A DNA stretch of 64,000 nt. It comes from a virus. Made by a program: the position numbers and the translations under genes. Of this stretch, positions 59,836-64,000 are shown in pieces. The notes beneath the pieces were generated by a model. The model made no database searches. It was not told where the DNA came from and was given only the letters and a program-made list of their open reading frames with translations. Every line of letters begins with the position of its first letter. Within the stretch, counting starts at the first letter, position 1. Location of the stretch: the IMG/VR virus record IMGVR_UViG_3300025084_000007, positions 47,932-111,931 of that record, one strand, 5' to 3'.

Positions 59836-60976
59836 ACTACAAGGAATGACCGTATTTAATAAGAACAAAGTGGACACCAAGAAGCAACCCATGTTTTTTG
59901 GTCAACCATTGGGAGTCCAACGATATGACTCCTTCAAATATCCTGTGTTTGATAAACTAACTCAGCAACAACTGGGTTATTTTTGGAGACCAGAAGAAGT
60001 ATCACTACAAAAAGATCGTGCAGATTACCAGACTTTATCGGAAGAGCAGAAGCACATCTTCACTAGTAACCTTAAGTACCAAATCATGTTGGATAGTGTA
60101 CAAGGGCGTGGTCCTGGGATGGCTTTTATACCTTACTGCAGTTTACCCGAACTTGAGTCAGCGATGACTGTATGGGAGTTTATGGAGATGATCCATAGTC
60201 GCTCCTATACCTATATCATTAAAAACGTATACTCAGATCCTACAGAAGTCTTTGATACTATCTTAGACGATGAGAAGATTCTCTCTCGTGCATCATCTGT
60301 TACTGAATCCTATGATGAATTTATTGATCATGCTCATCAGTATGACAATGGAACCATGTGGGAACTTGCAAACGAAGGTCACTATGCAGGGCAGTTTGAC
60401 CGTCGTGAACTGAAGCGTAAACTGTATCGTGCAGTTGCTAATGTCAATATCCTAGAGGGTATTCGTTTCTATACATCCTTTGCATGTTCGTTTGCTTTCG
60501 GTGAGAACAAACTCATGGAAGGTAGTGCAAAGATTCTTTCATTGATTGCTCGTGACGAGTCACAACATCTTGTACTTACTCAGAATATTTTGAATAAGTG
60601 GAAGGATGGTGATGATCCAGAGATGGAACTCATTTCTAGGGAGGAGCAATCTTGGGTAAAGAGTATGTTCCAGCGTGCCGTAGATGAAGAGAAAATGTGG
60701 GCAGAGTATCTGTTCAAGAATGGATCTATGATTGGTTTGAATGAGCGTCTGCTTCATAATTATGTGGAGTGGATTGCTAACCGTCGTATGAAAGCGATCG
60801 GTATCAAACCCATGTTTGACATTCCTGCTAAAAACAATCCGTTACCTTGGACGGAGCATTGGTTAAATAGTAAAGGCCAGCAAAATGCACCTCAAGAAAC
60901 GGAGATTGAAAGTTATGTCATCGGAGGAATCAAACAAGACGTTGAGGCAAATACCTTCGCAGGATTCTCCCTCTAA
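59816..60976 (+). CDS. nrdB: class Ia ribonucleotide reductase beta subunit
   Basis: FWRPEEV, EMIHSRSY, LEGIRFY, RDESQH and APQETE motifs. Confidence 0.98.
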   Translation: MSPAKSELQGMTVFNKNKVDTKKQPMFFGQPLGVQRYDSFKYPVFDKLTQQQLGYFWRPEEVSLQKDRADYQTLSEEQKHIFTSNLKYQIMLDSVQGRGPGMAFIPYCSLPELESAMTVWEFMEMIHSRSYTYIIKNVYSDPTEVFDTILDDEKILSRASSVTESYDEFIDHAHQYDNGTMWELANEGHYAGQFDRRELKRKLYRAVANVNILEGIRFYTSFACSFAFGENKLMEGSAKILSLIARDESQHLVLTQNILNKWKDGDDPEMELISREEQSWVKSMFQRAVDEEKMWAEYLFKNGSMIGLNERLLHNYVEWIANRRMKAIGIKPMFDIPAKNNPLPWTEHWLNSKGQQNAPQETEIESYVIGGIKQDVEANTFAGFSL

Positions 60977-61304
60977 TGATGAATGCTATAGGGCAATCCT
61001 AGACGCAGCAGAACACGGTTGGGATGACTTGTTAGATAGAGCAGACCAACCAGCAAACCCTTTCGCAGAAGAACTTTGGTTAATGGAAAAGAAAAAAGCA
61101 CAGCAACAGCAGCAAGGTGACGACATCATTGTCAATATGGATGGTGGTGTTGGTGGTAGTTGGCAAACTGCAGAACCTCAAAAGGAACGCAACACCCGCC
61201 ACAGTGTTGATAAGGGCGAAGAGTTTATTAGAAGTGGTATGACTCTTATCACAGACCTGGAAAGTGATAAGTATCTTAAATCAGCACGACGCAATTCAAA
61301 ATAA
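60885..61304 (+). CDS. hypothetical protein (start uncertain)
   Basis: Open frame overlapping the nrdB end; VNMDGGVGGSW...FIRSGMTLIT. Confidence 0.55.
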   Translation: MHLKKRRLKVMSSEESNKTLRQIPSQDSPSNDECYRAILDAAEHGWDDLLDRADQPANPFAEELWLMEKKKAQQQQQGDDIIVNMDGGVGGSWQTAEPQKERNTRHSVDKGEEFIRSGMTLITDLESDKYLKSARRNSK

Positions 61305-61307
61305 GTG

Positions 61308-61343
61308 TGCTACAATATAAATATAAGTGGTAGCGCAAGTTAC
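61308..61343 (+). promoter_or_regulatory. extended -10 (TGCTACAAT), late promoter (TATAAATA) and NtcA box GTA-N8-TAC
   Basis: TGCTACAAT 61308-61316; TATAAATA 61316-61323; GTAgcgcaagtTAC 61330-61343. Confidence 0.6.
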
Positions 61344-61349
61344 CATTTA

Positions 61350-61391
61350 CGTTCATCCCTCTTCGGGGGGACGCAAGTAAGTCGCGGAACG
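61350..61391 (+). ncRNA. glutamine-II (downstream-peptide)-like riboswitch, module 1
   Basis: P1 CGTTC/GAACG; P2 TCCCTC-TTCG-GGGGGA; junction CGCA; upstream of a DUF4278-like ORF. Confidence 0.7.
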
Positions 61392-61395
61392 GAGC

Positions 61396-61577
61396 CGTTC
61401 ATCCCATGCTAGAACTATTATTCTATACATCACTCACCTGTCAACAAGCCGATGCAATTATGTTTCGGATGAGAACAAATGAGAATATTCCCCCTGAATA
61501 TAAGGTGGAATTGATTGAGGTCATGAAGGAGTCAACTCCTGAATGCTACCCATGGGACGCACACGACTGAAGGAACG
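61396..61577 (+). ncRNA. glutamine-II-like riboswitch, module 2, with an ORF-sized P2 loop
   Basis: CGTTCA-TCCCATG...(142 nt)...CATGGGA-CGCAcacgactgaaG-GAACG. Confidence 0.6.
61406..61570 (+). CDS. 54-aa protein embedded in riboswitch module 2
   Basis: MLELLFYTSLTCQQADAIMFRMRTNENIPPEYKVELIEVMKESTPECYPWDAHD; GGAG at 61391-61394. Confidence 0.7.
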   Translation: MLELLFYTSLTCQQADAIMFRMRTNENIPPEYKVELIEVMKESTPECYPWDAHD

Positions 61578-61612
61578 GGGGAATAAACCACCCTATCTTC
61601 AGGAGTAACAAC

Positions 61613-61780
61613 ATGAACACATTACAAATGGTCAAGAAGCAGATCAATAAGGCATCTGCACTGCACAATGCACAGATCAGTCACACCTCATATCGTGGTG
61701 TTGAGTATGATACTCGTTGTGTAGAGTCTAAGGAGACTCACGGCACATTCTGTTATCGTGGTCGTACTTACAACAAATAA
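61613..61780 (+). CDS. DUF4278-family peptide (IF17 N-terminus-like)
   Basis: 55 aa with two YRG motifs (SYRGVEY, CYRGRTY); AGGAG RBS. Confidence 0.8.
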   Translation: MNTLQMVKKQINKASALHNAQISHTSYRGVEYDTRCVESKETHGTFCYRGRTYNK

Positions 61781-61802
61781 TTTATTATTTGCATACGAAC
61801 AC

Positions 61803-61827
61803 AAAGCACCCTTAGGGGTGCTTTTTT
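61803..61827 (+). terminator. Rho-independent terminator
   Basis: AAAGCACCC-TTAG-GGGTGCTTT followed by a T run. Confidence 0.85.
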
Positions 61828-61863
61828 GCTATACTAAATACTGACAACCTATACAGGAGAGTC

Positions 61864-62520
61864 ATGAAACTTTTTCTGGACTGTTCTGACCCAGAGCTAA
61901 TTGCCTCTGCCTTTGAGACTGGACTAATCGATGGAGTTACAACAAACCCCAGTCTCATGTTGAAAGCAGGAGAGGACCCTAAGCAAGTCATTAAGGAAAT
62001 CTCAGCAATCTTTCCATGGAATGCTTCAGTTTCTGCTGAAGTAGTCGGAGATACTGCTGAAGAGATGCTTGATATGGCGCAGGAGTACCTGGAGATCGGA
62101 CCAAACATTACTATCAAAGTTCCATGCACAGTCGAAGGACTGAAAGCATGTAGAGAACTAGCAGATGATGATGTGCATGTAAATGTTACACTCATCTTTA
62201 GCACAGCACAGGCAATCCTTGCTGCAAAAGCAGGAGCAACATATGTTTCACCATTCGTTGGTAGAGTATTTGACCAGCATTGGAATGGAATTTATTTGAT
62301 TGAACAGATTGCAGACGTATTTGCAACTCATCAGGTCAAAACTGAAATCCTTGGAGCATCTATCAGAGAACCTATTCAAGTATCGGATGCCTTTAGAGTA
62401 GGTGCTGATATTTGTACAATCCCACTACCCATGTTCTATCAACTCTACAAGCATATTCTTACCGACAAAGGTCTAGAACAGTTTGATAAAGATTGGACAT
62501 CACTACAAGAGAAACTCTAA
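61864..62520 (+). CDS. talC: transaldolase (TalC)
   Basis: GVTTNPSL, ITIKVP, NVTLIFS, YVSPFVGR and HILTDKGL motifs. Confidence 0.97.
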   Translation: MKLFLDCSDPELIASAFETGLIDGVTTNPSLMLKAGEDPKQVIKEISAIFPWNASVSAEVVGDTAEEMLDMAQEYLEIGPNITIKVPCTVEGLKACRELADDDVHVNVTLIFSTAQAILAAKAGATYVSPFVGRVFDQHWNGIYLIEQIADVFATHQVKTEILGASIREPIQVSDAFRVGADICTIPLPMFYQLYKHILTDKGLEQFDKDWTSLQEKL

Positions 62521-62687
62521 TGCCTAGATCGCAAATGCTGAAGATTGATATGGAAGCTCGTCTTCATAAACTGAAGACAGAGTTATATGAAATGGAAAAC
62601 CAAACAGGCAAAACTGGTCAGTGGTGTGATGGTGCTCATTATGCATATAATGAAGTTCTAAAAGTCCTACAAGAATATCGAGTATGA
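62520..62687 (+). CDS. 55-aa hypothetical protein
   Basis: TAATG coupling to talC. Confidence 0.6.
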   Translation: MPRSQMLKIDMEARLHKLKTELYEMENQTGKTGQWCDGAHYAYNEVLKVLQEYRV

Positions 62688-62836
62688 ATAAAAAGAATTT
62701 GAAAGTTTTGATACATGACCTTGAGTTTGCAATCGCAGAACTTAAGGCAGAAGTTTACTCCGATACTGAATCCTACCTAGATAGTGAGAATGTGAGACGG
62801 GTATACACATACGATGACGACGGAGAAACCGACTGA
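62684..62836 (+). CDS. 50-aa hypothetical protein
   Basis: MNKKNLKVLIHDLEFAIAELKAEVYSD...; ATGA overlap. Confidence 0.6.
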   Translation: MNKKNLKVLIHDLEFAIAELKAEVYSDTESYLDSENVRRVYTYDDDGETD

Positions 62837-63272
62837 TGAAAATGAAAAAGAGTATGAAAACCCCTGGATTTTTGAAGGACAACCTTTTTTATCTAAGGAC
62901 ATTGACGATCATTATGGGTTTGTCTATTGCATTACAAATAGTCTCACTGGGAAAAGATACATCGGCCGAAAGTACTTTCACCAATTACGAAAGCCTAGAA
63001 CTGGAGGCAGGAGAGTTAAATCTGAAAGTGACTGGAAACGTTACTACGGAAGCAGTGCTGAACTTACTGAAGAACGCAAGCGGTTCGGGAATCTTGCCTA
63101 TAAACGGGATATAATTAGCCTACATAAATCCAAGGGACTCACAAACTTTGAAGAGACCCGTCAATTATTTCTCAATAATGTACTTACGGAGGCATTTGAA
63201 GATGGCACACCAGCATTTTACAACTCAAACATCCTTGGTCGGTACATGCGAAAAGATTACTTCAGACCTTGA
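62814..63272 (+). CDS. GIY-YIG family endonuclease (Seg-like)
   Basis: GFVYCITNSLTGKRYIGRK...ESDWKRYYGS...FYNSNI. Confidence 0.85.
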   Translation: MTTEKPTDENEKEYENPWIFEGQPFLSKDIDDHYGFVYCITNSLTGKRYIGRKYFHQLRKPRTGGRRVKSESDWKRYYGSSAELTEERKRFGNLAYKRDIISLHKSKGLTNFEETRQLFLNNVLTEAFEDGTPAFYNSNILGRYMRKDYFRP

Positions 63273-63297
63273 CGCTCGCTGAGCAGTCTGCTATAAT
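63269..63297 (+). promoter_or_regulatory. sigma70-like early promoter
   Basis: TTGACG-N17-TATAAT with extended TG. Confidence 0.75.
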
Positions 63298-63322
63298 TAC
63301 GAGGTAGTCAAGGGAGTTCAAC

Positions 63323-63475
63323 ATGAACACAGAGTTCTACGAGGCATTGAGCAATGAAGATGCGCTGTTCGATTTGTTTATCGATCAGTTACATCACTTT
63401 GCTGAATTGGAATTGGAAGAACGTAAGACTACCACTGGGTCAGTAGCTCAGATGGATAGAGCAATTCACTTCTAA
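63323..63475 (+). CDS. 50-aa acidic protein overlapping the tRNA
   Basis: AGGGAG RBS; MNTEFYEALSNEDALFDLFIDQLHHFAELELEERKTTTGSVAQMDRAIHF. Confidence 0.5.
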   Translation: MNTEFYEALSNEDALFDLFIDQLHHFAELELEERKTTTGSVAQMDRAIHF

Positions 63476-63510
63476 TGAATTGGTCGGGGGTTCGAGTCCC
63501 TCCTGACCCG
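63437..63510 (+). tRNA. tRNA-Arg(UCU)
   Basis: Acceptor GGGTCAG/CTGACCC, D arm GCTC/GAGC, anticodon arm ATTCA-CTTCTAA-TGAAT, T loop TTCGAGT. Confidence 0.95.
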
Positions 63511-63554
63511 TTGGAGGTTAATCCCTCCACCATTGTAGTCCAGAGGTAACGCAT

Positions 63555-63785
63555 ATGACTACGCTACAGAAGTTTTCTTCCTCTCTCGATATTATTTCGG
63601 GAGCAGTTAACCGTCAACTAACACTCGACATCGAGTATCCTATTCTTTATAATAAAATTTTGAAATTTTACGAGGAGAAAGGTGTCAGTTTCTATGGTGA
63701 CGTAGACGAAGATTACTTCATTCTCTTGAATAAACTAGAAGAAGATTTAAATTATGATCGAGAAAGTTATTACTGGTATTGCTAA
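63555..63785 (+). CDS. hypothetical protein
   Basis: GAGG RBS; 76 aa. Confidence 0.65.
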   Translation: MTTLQKFSSSLDIISGAVNRQLTLDIEYPILYNKILKFYEEKGVSFYGDVDEDYFILLNKLEEDLNYDRESYYWYC

Positions 63786-64000
63786 GAATGAACTCTACAT
63801 GGGGTACATCTTTGGTATTATGATCTTGGGTGGATTCATCCGTGATTACAGTGCTCTTGAGGATGTGTATGCCTTAGCAAAAAAGTATATCAAGGATAAT
63901 CGTGTCCTTGTTATTATCACCTCACTGTTGGGTGGTATACTTCCTATCCCTGGACGTGTAGCATTGTCTGCACCACTCTTAGATGGTATTGCTCCACGAG
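63754..64000 (+). CDS. multi-pass membrane protein, DUF401/IT-transporter-like (3'-truncated)
   Basis: MIEKVITGIAKNELYMGYIFGIMILGGF...LLGGILPIPGRVALSAPLLD; frame open to the window end. Confidence 0.6.
   Translation, partial: MIEKVITGIAKNELYMGYIFGIMILGGFIRDYSALEDVYALAKKYIKDNRVLVIITSLLGGILPIPGRVALSAPLLDGIAPR

Noticed and set aside
41187-60976. Possible introns or inteins in gp43, gp41, nrdA and nrdB (also gp17)
   Set aside because: All are uninterrupted and of normal length, with no intein or homing endonuclease insert seen.
62814-63272. GIY-YIG gene as an active mobile homing element
   Set aside because: It is short, lacks a separate DNA-binding domain and has no flanking intron; it is more likely a conserved phage nuclease.

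Overview
The window is a 64 kb segment of a T4-like marine cyanomyovirus (Kyanoviridae-type, Synechococcus/Prochlorococcus phage). Almost all genes are on the + strand. It contains: the neck-terminase-tail-head module (gp13-gp23, gp3); recombination and late-transcription genes (uvsY, uvsW, gp55, gp47, gp46); replication genes (gp45, gp44, gp62, regA, gp43, uvsX, gp41, gp61, nrdAB); and auxiliary genes (petE, petF, purS, dam, hsp20, mazG, talC, cobS-like ATPase, three 2OG-Fe(II) oxygenases), plus tRNA-Arg(UCU). The most striking structure is a compact putative nitrogen-sensing cassette between nrdB and talC (about 61308-61827) that the ORF track misses. It has a promoter, a perfect NtcA box (GTA-N8-TAC) in a repressor position, and two tandem glutamine-II (downstream-peptide)-like riboswitch modules. 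The second module appears to carry a complete 54-codon ORF inside its P2 loop. A 9-bp anti-SD inside that ORF matches the ribosome-binding site of a downstream DUF4278 (IF17-N-terminus-like) peptide, and a terminator closes the unit. Other notable items: a ROSE-like thermometer before hsp20; a 58-nt early-promoter motif found three times with fixed spacing; putative capsid-targeted polyproteins and a capsid-targeted nucleotidyltransferase; a convergent cluster of membrane and secreted proteins; a hidden CCGxGCxxCP peptide overlapping the gp23 stop; and an ORF that ends in the tRNA anticodon loop. All calls come from reading the sequence by eye; no database searches were run.
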